This document shows positions 40,049 through 50,681 of a stretch of DNA of 64,000 nucleotides, one piece after another. The notes beneath the pieces were generated by a model. It saw only the letters and a list, made by a program, of their open reading frames with translations, was not told where the DNA came from and did not search any database. This DNA comes from Paraphysomonas bandaiensis (lineage: Eukaryota; Protista; Chrysophyceae), in the NCBI GenBank assembly GCA_965644295.1, contig CBFFRP010000111.1, forward strand, positions 124,001 to 188,000, in the 5' to 3' direction. Positions within the stretch are counted from its first letter, which is position 1; each line of letters starts with the position of its first letter. The position numbers and the translations under genes were made by a program.

Positions 40049-41643
40049 CTATTCCATTCCTACTCTAATTTTGCTATCGCCGGTGGGAATATCCTTTCGA
40101 CACTGCACAACAGCGGTATTAAGCTTCCATATATCATGAGTCGGTCTTGAATTCTTTGAGATCACACATGGGGCATTATGGACATAAGATATATCGATTA
40201 CCCCAGTGCCTTGAACATGACTATTTGATGATTCTGCGACAGGAAATTCTGGTTCATCTATGCGCCTCAATTTCCTGGGAGGAGGGTTACTTTTTTGCGC
40301 ACCACACTCTCCCAAACTACCAACTAGGAAGTCCCAGGTTGAGGTCAACATAGATGTTGTATTGTCTGTCTGAGGAAATTTGGACTTAATCCGCTCAACC
40401 ATCTGTGGGAAAAACGAAGGTCAACACAAAGCATGCATGTAGTTCGCAAAATAACCTTAGCAAACACCGTATCGATACTCTGACACGACATGTCCGATTC
40501 TCCACCGTCCAGACATGACACTGTAAAAAAGGGAGCTCCCCACGCATCAGCCAACGTCTGGCCTTCTGAAATAAGTGTGCTTCTACAGGATGCCGTGGTG
40601 TCGCATTTGTTACATACAACAACACTGCACATTCGCGATAGCACAAGATGTCAAAAAAATCCCAGACGTAGTTTTACACAAGATCCAAATACAACTACAC
40701 GTGAACGTACATTGGTAAATCATACAGCTCTGCTCCAGCGCACTGGACAATCCGCCGCGCTTGAACTTTCTCCAGTTCTACTAAGGAGTGTATGGAGTCT
40801 GCACTATACACCAACACCATCCCATCCAGCCGTGGAACCCATTCCTTCATGACAATATCAACATCTGGGCCACTACTAGGTATCTCGACGAGTTCTACGA
40901 GACAGGCGGAGGTTTCCTCACTGGCTGTATAATCACTCACAACGGGAGAGAATATCATCGTGGAGACGCTTACTATGTAAAACAATAGTGAGTAGGGAGA
41001 TGTCAATAGGGTCCAATTATAATATATTCAAAAAATAATAATATAATATCACTAGTGGTCAGGTACCTGTCGGTCTGTCTACGCATACGGGTTCAGAGGT
41101 ATGCTCTGAATCCTCATCAGCACTTCGTACAGAGGACGGCGACATTGGTACCCTTGAATTCTCCCTTGAAATGCTTTTGTAAGAGTCATCAGTTCTCGGT
41201 CGAATGAAAGCAACTACAACAGGTTCAGTGGAGATCTCCATCTCCCTTCGTATGACCTCTGCAGCTTCAGGAGGCCCGAGTCGAGCAAGACTCGTCTTAT
41301 TTATAGCCACAACAATATCATCCACTTGAACTCGTCCATCCATTTCAATTTCAGGTTTACTTCCATCAGGAGATCGAACAAATGATTCAACACAAGAGAA
41401 ATCTTTCAATTGATTATGTTTTTTTAATCGTATACCAACAGGTCCACCACACTTTAATACCACACAAATAGCATCTGAATGAGAATTATCAACAGAATCT
41501 AATATAGTATTAGTGGATGATATACGATCATGATGAATATTAGATGATAAAAGACTACGAAATGTTGATATTATTGTTGTTTTACCACAATTAGAGGGTC
41601 CTATAAGTGCTATACGATATTCATCTAATGATTCAAGATCCAT
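40049..41643 (-). CDS. Atypical Ras-like small GTPase with an inserted PDZ domain, multi-exon
   Basis: RIALIGPSNCGKT (G1), then a PDZ (GPVGIRL...GRVQVDDIVVAIN), then DGMVLVYS, VVVCNKCD (G4) and GQTLADAWGAPFFTVSC (G5 region). Confidence 0.8.
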
Positions 41644-44600
41644 ATGTTGTAATGTAATATTCTATCCATCTAATAGAAGGAATATATATGACATTAACCA
41701 CAGTAGAGTCTTGACTCTTAATCTGTGTGTTATTGATAATAGTCTAAGAGAAAATTAAACTAGACTATAAGGTACTTAAGCTGTGTGGAGGACTGACTCT
41801 ATACACCTATATACGTATATATAGCAGTGTAGTTGTAGGAATTGTATTGTAAAAAGAATGACACTTCTAGACTTTCCTTCAAAAATTTTATTGAAAATTT
41901 TAGCTATTTCAGTGAGATTGTATGTATATTTCGGGTATTTCTAAATTTTTAGGGGTAAAAAATATAAAAATTGAGAAAATTAAAAAATATTTCTGAAAAT
42001 CGGTCTTACTATGATTCTATGAGCGAGATGCATGTGGGAACTCGCTATAGAGCCCTCCAGAGTGTACATTACGAACATACTCTATGAATATGTAAGAGTA
42101 AACTATATGAAGGCACTAGAATGTCGGTGTATGATTACCGTCGCTTTTCAATCACCTGGATACCAACAATTTCGACCTCAAACTCATTGTTTGACTGAAG
42201 AACGATAGTTAAGTTCTTCAATATAATAAACCAGCAGTGAACTTTATGTGCTAAGCATCCTATCAGCAATCTAACAGGCTTAAGAAATTTGTGTTACTAA
42301 GTATTGTGAGTGCATGATATGATGCAACCAAGATGAGTGTTAAAAGTTAAAAGGTGTGTCACTGGGTGGGTATCTTTACGAGGGTAAAGATATGCATCAT
42401 GATTACTTTTTGCTACTTTTCTCTATCAATAGTGGAACATATTTGTGCTTAGCCATTTAAGTGTGATGTAATATGCAATTGACAGGGTCAATTATCAATT
42501 AACCACGACCATAGTTCTAATACATAGGACTTCAGTCATGTGCCTAAGTAGCTGATTTGGTGATACCTAGCTAGTTATATATTGATTGCTAATTGCTAGT
42601 TAGAGTAATTATTTAATATAATCGAAAATTCGAATGAAAGGCTTTGGCAATAAAGCAATAACAGCTCAACGTGAAAGCAATAACAAAGGCGAGAATGTGT
42701 GATAGAAAATGAAATGCACACATTAATTGAGAGTAGAAAAACTATATAGATGGATGTCTCGGCGATTGTTGTAGTGAGCAGACATTGGTTCTTCTAGTAT
42801 TGCCACATACCACTCGTTTGTGGTAGTATTGATCCCTGGTGCCACCTCTGCTGACGGTTTTGGCATATGGTCACCAGGTCGTCCAGCGTGGGGCCTGCAG
42901 CTACTTTATTTCTACTTGCTTTATATTGAAAGTCTTTTTTAGTCTTTTTATTTAGCAATAGGCGTTAAGAATCTGCACCAATCTAGTGGCTAGTTGAATG
43001 CTAGATATACTATTTAGACCGCTACCCATAACTAATTAGCACAAATTCTATTATCCTACTATTTAACGCTACTATCCAGAAGCTTCTTGGGCGTCGCCGC
43101 AAGCAAGGTTACCCGTTCTCCCTGCCCGTTTGGAGTCCACCTGCAAACTTCTTATTCTGCTCCTCTTACTGTCGCACTCGTTCAAATGTGTTATAGAGCA
43201 CACAGTGCCCGTGTGTCAGTCCTACCCGCAATAGTGCCCTCCAGCTGTCTTCGGTTGGTGGGTCGGCGCAGAATGTCCCTTCAAACCCAAGTGTTGTCAA
43301 ACCACACACTAGTGAAATGGAGTTGGCGTACTGATGACTTTATGTTGATATATTCATAATTTTATCGTCTAGGATAACTTGGCATTGCTCTCGTTCCATA
43401 AGAGGGATATCTTGCAATGTATATTCAATCCAATATCATCGTTTAGCATAATAAAATCGTTTCGGAGAGTGCACAGTCTATTAATATCTTGTACCTGGTA
43501 GTGTATTTAAAGAGTAGATTTCAACTATGAGAAGTAGAACAGGGAACAAGCGTATTGCCTGGAAGGAAAGTTTGTGATTTAATAGTTCGTGATTTGTTGG
43601 TGCTATAATTCAAGAAGTAGTGACTGTCAATTCACAGGAACTGCGTTTCAGTTCACAACTTTCTCCCACGTTCTATTGAATCATGAGTATTACGTATTAC
43701 ATATAGCAGATATACGTCGACGACAAGGCTTCTTACCACTGGACTTCTTTTAATAAGCATTGAAAATCTTAACAACTCAGTTGAAATTTCTCAACTATTT
43801 GCAAAAATGCACTGTAATCTAATATATATCAAGAACTATTCACCTGCTGTGAAAGTGGAACCACTTCTCGATATTATACAACGATAGCGCCATTTAGGTC
43901 AATTGATTGTTACCATTCTCCTAACTATAATCGCAAAAAATGTGTAGCTAAGTAGCGCAGCGTTGTAAGGCATTAAAAAACCGTAGTAGATAATAAGTAA
44001 AGATAGCCCATATTGTTATATTTACTTGTATTCACAGACTACACTCAGACCACATCACGGACACCAATATGCACTTACACTCTACAAAGCTACCAAGACA
44101 CTGCACATCATATTGAACTGTAGAATCACACAGTCATCATGCACAATATAATAGTATACTCCGGTATAATACTGCTATCATACCGTAGCTGTCTCACTGT
44201 ATACTATATACCAACTGTATTGTGCAGTATACAGTATACAGCTGTATACTGTAAGTCAAACCTTCACTCCAACGACAATCGGCATCTTACAGGTGGATGA
44301 CAGACCTACCCAACACACTTCTATAAAGAGGAATTCTGAGCAATGTCGGAGTTCGTAGTGATAGGGTTCGTTGTCCAGTGCCGACTCCATCTCTCTCCAC
44401 TGGAGGCTAATGTATCTTCCACTGATTTCCATCTGCAAAAGACTTTCCACCCCCGGAATACGTCTGATATAAATTTCTTTCCACTGGAGCTGCGGAATAT
44501 GACACGTAGTAGGAGAGGGGCACACAGCATGGGAAATGAAGCGCTAAGCAGAGCGCGTGCTCCACCCACCTGATCGCCAGCAATGTCAGCGAGGAGTAGA

Positions 44601-45100
44601 GCAAAAAACACCGCCATGAGATCCACCTACGCATTTTCATCAGATACACAACACGTAGCCACAAACAAATCAAGACGTTTATTACATTTTATATACAACA
44701 CGACGGACATTATTAATGGGCATAAAGAGAACAACGTAGAAAATATTGTAATACAACTGAAAACTCACACGTATGAGTTATTTAGAACAGAAACCGGAAA
44801 AGGAAGAGACGTACCGTTGACCACATAGCCTTCATAGGGCCACGACACACCCCATTGCATTCGTACTCTAAAACTTTGCCATATTCTGTAGCCCCCACGT
44901 AAGTAAGCCCGCTGGGTACCACTCCACTAGAATCAAACATACATACTGCATCCTTAGAAACCTCATTCTTATGTCTCTCAGAACGCAAGTATAAATACCG
45001 ACCGATAATTATATGCCACATATGGGTTGTTATACAGACAGAAGTAGCTATAATAATACAGCACAATGGACTCGCAATACCGTAGGTCATCAATACCGAG

Positions 45101-45417
45101 TGTAGGACTATCCACTTACATATAGAATATATAAGTGTACATGTCCTGTATTATATGATTAGTAGTACAGTACTGTATTGTATACGTGTACCATGTAGTT
45201 AGGAATACAAACTGTAGGGAATGTGATTGTTGGGATTAGCAATAGCCGTTGATATTGTAGACAGTATTATTAGCCGTTGATATTGTAGACAGTATTATTA
45301 GCCGCTGATATTGTAGACAGTATTATTCATGATTCATTATACGATAATAATCATTATTTTGTACTTCTGTACTTGGGTATTGCTTTGCACACATACACAT
45401 ATGTATGCAAGCCCACA
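45101..45417 (+). repeat. 5' LTR with an internal 28-bp x3 tandem repeat
   Basis: TAGCCG(T/C)TGATATTGTAGACAGTATTAT x3. Confidence 0.97.
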
Positions 45418-45466
45418 GTAATATTACTTAATAAGTAGTACTCAATCTCTGTGATATAACAATATT

Positions 45467-48400
45467 ATGGGGGAAAGTAAGAGAAGCAAAATAAAAGCAG
45501 CTCCTCAAATAGAGGAATTGTTAGCTGCTTCGGGTTCTTCGTCTAAAAAGACGAAAAGAGAGAGAGAATCCTCTCGAAAACGAGCAAGAGATGCAACAAC
45601 ATCATCTCAAATGCAATCTTCTCCTCAAACTGAGACATCAGTAGAGGCGGAAGGAGAATTGAGTGGAGTATCATTTCGTGAGCTCTCTTCTTCTCAACCA
45701 AAGAGAAAGAAGCAAAGGAGTGGAGATCCGCACCCCAACAGGAGTGAGCGCATTGACTTGAATGAAGTCATTGCAACGGAATCCACTCCACATGAAGTAA
45801 TCAATACCGACTCTATTCCCTACTTAGGTAGTGTGCAAGATGAGGATATCATCGAATTTTGTGAAAATCTCTCGAAAAGAGATCCTAAAGGGACAAAATT
45901 CATAAGGTCAGAAATCATGGCACCAACAGTGCGTGATATGCTTCAGTTTCAGCGACAGCAGGATTTTGGAGATGAGTCTGACGAGGACTGGCTAGATCCT
46001 AACATTGTAACTACTGAGGAATTGATTCAGTGGTTAAAGCAAGCCTTTCTAGAGGAAGAGGAGCGATACTCTGATACATTGGAGCCTCTTCCTAGGTTCA
46101 TAGATAATATCATTGGACCAAAAGTTAAGGTGGATATTCATGTTCCTAAAGTATTCTTAAAAGAATATGGACGTCTGAATGAGCTTTATAAGCTCATTCC
46201 GGAGGCAAGTCTCACAGAGGTAGCCTCGGATACCATAGTCAAAACCCTCAAGAAAAACATCAAACTTGTGGGCGGACATTCCTTCAGAAAGGATGCCAAA
46301 GAGAAATTTATAGCGGATATAGGCCAAGGTCAATCTGCACCAAAAGATTTCGGAGCATTCTGTAGAAAGGTGCGAGAGCTTAACAATGACTATAGTCAAG
46401 CTGTGAGAAAAGTAAAGAGGATGGAAACTAAATTGGATTCCAAAGAAACGTCTAAGTCTAACAAGTCTAAGACTACAAAAACTTCATCCTCCAGCTCATC
46501 CTCAAGTACTAAAGCAACAACTGATACTAAGGAAGCATGTTGGATATGCGGTAATCTTCATAAAGGTGACTGCACCCGCAAAACCTGTGCATGGGCTAAC
46601 CATGAAAAGAAGCCATGGAAAGATTCCACACAGGGCAAAAAATATGCGGTTATGGGTTGGAGTACCTGCCCTTATGTGGAGAATCCTGATGGTCCTCCAA
46701 GATCGAAAACAAGTAAGTTATCATGCCCTAAGTGTTTATATATAAATGCTATTGACATGAATAATGATATGCTCGATGTCTTTGTATATCCTAAAGCTGA
46801 TGTCAATGTACAACAGGTAAAGGAAAATCTAAGAGCTAAAGCCTTATTGGACACGGGGGCTACTGGGAATAATTTCATTAACCAAGAACTTGCTGATATG
46901 TTAGTTGCTAGGTATAGAATTCCATTGCACGAGTGTAACATTAAAATTTGTAGTGCGCTTGATAATGCTTGTTGTAGTAGCAAGCAATATATGATAATAA
47001 CTATAAGATTAACTGATGAGTATAACAATACTCTTGATATTGAGTTGCAATGTTTGATAATAGATAGCACCTTTGATATCATAATTGGTAGAGAAACTAT
47101 CAAGAAATATAGATTAGTTGATCATTTTCCATCTCACTTTATGGAAAGAGAGTTAGCAGGGAAAATGCTAGCTACGGCCGCGGGCCATGCTGAGAAGACT
47201 CAGCTTCTCTCGGAACATATTAGTGAGAGAGCCACATGTTATAATAACATGGAAACATTAAGGCGCCAAGCTAAGGAACACCTTAGTTATAATAATAATT
47301 TACTTACAAGTAATAGCTTGGTTAGTACTATGTATTCACCTCCAATATCATCCATGCGTATAAGTGCATATGAAAAGGAAGATATAGGCGAGATTAGAGA
47401 TAACTATCTGGAGTCAATCCCAGAAGAAATAGTTACAAATACTCAGGAAAAAGTAGAAGGTACTACGTTACCAACTAAAATCTCTGGTCCCGAATCTTTA
47501 CAAAGGAGGGTGAGAGAAATCCATGAAATCTATAAGGATAGATTTAGAACCACAGTGTCGGATATGCCAATGGATGTTCCACCTTTTGAATTAGAGGTAG
47601 ATAGGGATGCTTGGGAACAACCAAAACATTGTGGTCCGCCACGAAAGATGGATCGAGTACGACAGTATGCTTGTAAAAAGCAAATCGATACATTTGTGGA
47701 GCATGGAATAATACAACCAAGTACGGCTCCTTATTATAGCCAGGTATTATTAGTTCCCAAACCAAATGATAAATGGCGATTCTGTGTAGACTATAAAGGT
47801 CTAAACAAGCACACACAGAGGGAACGTTGGCCAATACCTAACATCAAAGAAATGTTAGAACGTATTGGGTCTAAGAAACCCAAATACTTCATAATTCTGG
47901 ATTTAGTATCTGGTTATTACCAGGCTAAAATTTCAGAGTACTCGAGAAAGTGGACGGCATTTATAACCTTCTGGGGAGTATTCGAATGGCTCCGACTACC
48001 CATGGGTTTGAGTGGTGCTCCATCATACTTTCAACGAGTATTAACAACAATTGTGCTTGCCGGGTTGATTATGTTCATATGTGAATTATATCTAGATGAC
48101 CTGATTATATATGCTTCTACAGAAGATGAACTAATTGAAAATTACGTTAAAGTTCTAGAACGCTTCAGGAAATACAATGTTTACATTAATCCTGAGAAAG
48201 TGAAAATAGGAGAGTCCGAAGTACAATATGTAGGACATACTCTAAATGAGGAAGGGTTACACTTTACTAGAGAACGTCTGGATAGTGTATTAAATTTCCC
48301 AAAGCCTGAAACTATGAAGGGTCTAAAATCTTTCCTCGGATTGGCAAATTATTTTCGGGATCACGTGCACAACCACTCCTTAGTGGTGAGACCGTTAAAT

Positions 48401-50299
48401 AAAATGCTTCTCAACTATCATAGACGTAAACGTCTACAATGGACAGAGGATGCCAATGAAGCATTTGAAAAGATCAAATTGATGATCCATGAATGTCCAA
48501 CATTATTTTTCATTGATGACGAGTCACCAATATATTTATTGACCGATGCATCTGATTATGGAATAGGAGCATACCTCTACCAAGTAGTAGATGGTGTAGA
48601 ACGTCCAATAGGATTTCTCAGTAAAACATTCGATGAAAGAATGATGAATTGGGATACACCTCAGAAAGAAGGATATGCTATATACTATGCCTTAGATAAA
48701 TGGGACTACCTATTAAGGTATAGATACTTTACGATCAAAACAGATCATAAAAATATTACTCAGTTGAGAACTGATTACGCTAAGGATAAGAAAGTTCAGC
48801 GATGGTTGAAATGTTTCCAAGCATATGATTATGATCTATGTGATATTAAAGGATCTGATAATGTTGTTGCTGATGCATTTAGTAGACTATGTGCATTAGA
48901 ATCTAAAATGGAAACAAAATGTGCTTCCCTAATTCCCGATATTAAAGTTCCAAACAAGGAATGGGAAATTATCAAAAGATTTCATAACAATGTTACAGGT
49001 CATCATGGTATTGATCGTACAATACAAAAATTACGAGACAATGGTCATAAATGGTCAAAGCAAGGGGCACATGTGACAAAATTTATTAAAACTTGTCCTT
49101 GTTGTCAAAAGATGAGTAGAATTAAACCAATAATTAATGCTCATCCCTTTACTGTCTCAACATATGGCCCGATGCAAAGAATAGCAGTGGATTTTATTCA
49201 GAGTCTGCATCCAGATGAGGATGGATACACTAATATATTAGTGATTATCGATTCTTTTTCTAGGTGGGTAGAATTAATCCCTACTAAGAATCTCACTGCC
49301 ATGGCGGCGGCAAAGGGATTGCTTCAACACCTGGGTAGATATGGAGCACCTATTGAGATTCATTCGGATCTTGGACCAGCATTTGTGGATGATTTAACAA
49401 AATCATTGATAGAAATGGTTGGAAGTAATCAATCATTTTCGATGGCGTATTCTAAAGAAGAAAATGCTATAGTGGAACGTGCTAATAAAGAAATTTTAAG
49501 GCACTTAAGAAATATTATATTTGATAAAAATGTACTAAATAATTGGTCAATGTATCTACCTTTAGTACAAAGAATTATGAATTCTTCTAAACATAGAAGC
49601 ACCGGCGTTACTCCCGCTAGTATTCTATTTGGGAATGCAGTAGATTTAGATAAGAGTTTATTCATTGAACACAATGAGAACTTGGACGGGAACGAACAAA
49701 AGCTATCACATTGGATAGATAGAATACAAAAGGTTCAGTCCACTATTATGGATGTTGCAAGACGAAATCTTCGCAAACATGATGAAATCCACATGGCAAC
49801 TGCACCAAATATACAAACAAAAGAATTTCCAATAAATTCTTATGTGTTAGTTGAGCATAGACAAAATGCTTTACGTCCTGGACCGGCAAGTAAGTTATTA
49901 CCATATCTTAAAGGTCCAATGCGAGTAGTCAATGTTATTGGAGACAAATATACTCTTCAAGATATTGTTACTAAACGTAATAAAGACTATCATATAAAGA
50001 AATTAAGGGAATTTAATTACGATCCCTCTACTATTGACCCCTTACAAGTGGCATGTAAAGATGGTGGAAACTTTTATGCTATTGACCATATTTCAAAAAT
50101 AAAAGGTCGAGCTAAAGGTCCGAAAAGTCAAATAAAATTTCTAGTACATTGGATAGGGTATGAAAAACCTACATGGGAACCATGGGCTAACGTTAGAAAA
50201 ACGTATGCTCTACAAAATTTCCTAACTCAACATCCTGATGAAAATGTAAGAAATTTACTACCTCGAAATGTGGTTTATTCTTCTGATGAAGAAGATTAA
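45467..50299 (+). CDS. Gag-Pol polyprotein (Zn knuckle, PR, RT, RNase H, IN, chromodomain)
   Basis: CWICGNLHKGDC, LLDTGA, WRFCVDY, LPMGL, YLDD, TDASDYGIGA, GHHG...CPCC, VERAN, FLVHWIGY..PTWEP. Confidence 0.98.
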   Translation: MGESKRSKIKAAPQIEELLAASGSSSKKTKRERESSRKRARDATTSSQMQSSPQTETSVEAEGELSGVSFRELSSSQPKRKKQRSGDPHPNRSERIDLNEVIATESTPHEVINTDSIPYLGSVQDEDIIEFCENLSKRDPKGTKFIRSEIMAPTVRDMLQFQRQQDFGDESDEDWLDPNIVTTEELIQWLKQAFLEEEERYSDTLEPLPRFIDNIIGPKVKVDIHVPKVFLKEYGRLNELYKLIPEASLTEVASDTIVKTLKKNIKLVGGHSFRKDAKEKFIADIGQGQSAPKDFGAFCRKVRELNNDYSQAVRKVKRMETKLDSKETSKSNKSKTTKTSSSSSSSSTKATTDTKEACWICGNLHKGDCTRKTCAWANHEKKPWKDSTQGKKYAVMGWSTCPYVENPDGPPRSKTSKLSCPKCLYINAIDMNNDMLDVFVYPKADVNVQQVKENLRAKALLDTGATGNNFINQELADMLVARYRIPLHECNIKICSALDNACCSSKQYMIITIRLTDEYNNTLDIELQCLIIDSTFDIIIGRETIKKYRLVDHFPSHFMERELAGKMLATAAGHAEKTQLLSEHISERATCYNNMETLRRQAKEHLSYNNNLLTSNSLVSTMYSPPISSMRISAYEKEDIGEIRDNYLESIPEEIVTNTQEKVEGTTLPTKISGPESLQRRVREIHEIYKDRFRTTVSDMPMDVPPFELEVDRDAWEQPKHCGPPRKMDRVRQYACKKQIDTFVEHGIIQPSTAPYYSQVLLVPKPNDKWRFCVDYKGLNKHTQRERWPIPNIKEMLERIGSKKPKYFIILDLVSGYYQAKISEYSRKWTAFITFWGVFEWLRLPMGLSGAPSYFQRVLTTIVLAGLIMFICELYLDDLIIYASTEDELIENYVKVLERFRKYNVYINPEKVKIGESEVQYVGHTLNEEGLHFTRERLDSVLNFPKPETMKGLKSFLGLANYFRDHVHNHSLVVRPLNKMLLNYHRRKRLQWTEDANEAFEKIKLMIHECPTLFFIDDESPIYLLTDASDYGIGAYLYQVVDGVERPIGFLSKTFDERMMNWDTPQKEGYAIYYALDKWDYLLRYRYFTIKTDHKNITQLRTDYAKDKKVQRWLKCFQAYDYDLCDIKGSDNVVADAFSRLCALESKMETKCASLIPDIKVPNKEWEIIKRFHNNVTGHHGIDRTIQKLRDNGHKWSKQGAHVTKFIKTCPCCQKMSRIKPIINAHPFTVSTYGPMQRIAVDFIQSLHPDEDGYTNILVIIDSFSRWVELIPTKNLTAMAAAKGLLQHLGRYGAPIEIHSDLGPAFVDDLTKSLIEMVGSNQSFSMAYSKEENAIVERANKEILRHLRNIIFDKNVLNNWSMYLPLVQRIMNSSKHRSTGVTPASILFGNAVDLDKSLFIEHNENLDGNEQKLSHWIDRIQKVQSTIMDVARRNLRKHDEIHMATAPNIQTKEFPINSYVLVEHRQNALRPGPASKLLPYLKGPMRVVNVIGDKYTLQDIVTKRNKDYHIKKLREFNYDPSTIDPLQVACKDGGNFYAIDHISKIKGRAKGPKSQIKFLVHWIGYEKPTWEPWANVRKTYALQNFLTQHPDENVRNLLPRNVVYSSDEED

Positions 50300-50364
50300 T
50301 AACAAAGTTTACAGAATTGAGTGTCAATATAACACATTAACACATCAATTATAAGGGGAGGTAG

Positions 50365-50681
50365 TGTAGGACTATCCACTTACATATAGAATATATAAGT
50401 GTACATGTCCTGTATTATATGATTAGTAGTACAGTACTGTATTGTATACGTGTACCATGTAGTTAGGAATACAAACTGTAGGGAATGTGATTGTTGGGAT
50501 TAGCAATAGCCGTTGATATTGTAGACAGTATTATTAGCCGTTGATATTGTAGACAGTATTATTAGCCGCTGATATTGTAGACAGTATTATTCATGATTCA
50601 TTATACGATAATAATCATTATTTTGTACTTCTGTACTTGGGTATTGCTTTGCACACATACACATATGTATGCAAGCCCACA
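50365..50681 (+). repeat. 3' LTR
   Basis: Copy of 45101-45417, preceded by the PPT. Confidence 0.97.

Larger units (their letters stand above)
45101..50681 (+). mobile_element. Intact Ty3/Gypsy LTR retrotransposon with chromodomain (chromovirus-like)
   Basis: Apparently identical 317-bp TG..CA LTRs (45101-45417 and 50365-50681), 4-bp TSD CGAG, PPT AAGGGGAGGTAG, single gag-pol ORF. Confidence 0.98.

Noticed and set aside
41700-44250. Genes or elements in this intergenic stretch, including ORF 43087-43359
   Set aside because: No recognisable motifs, termini or repeats.
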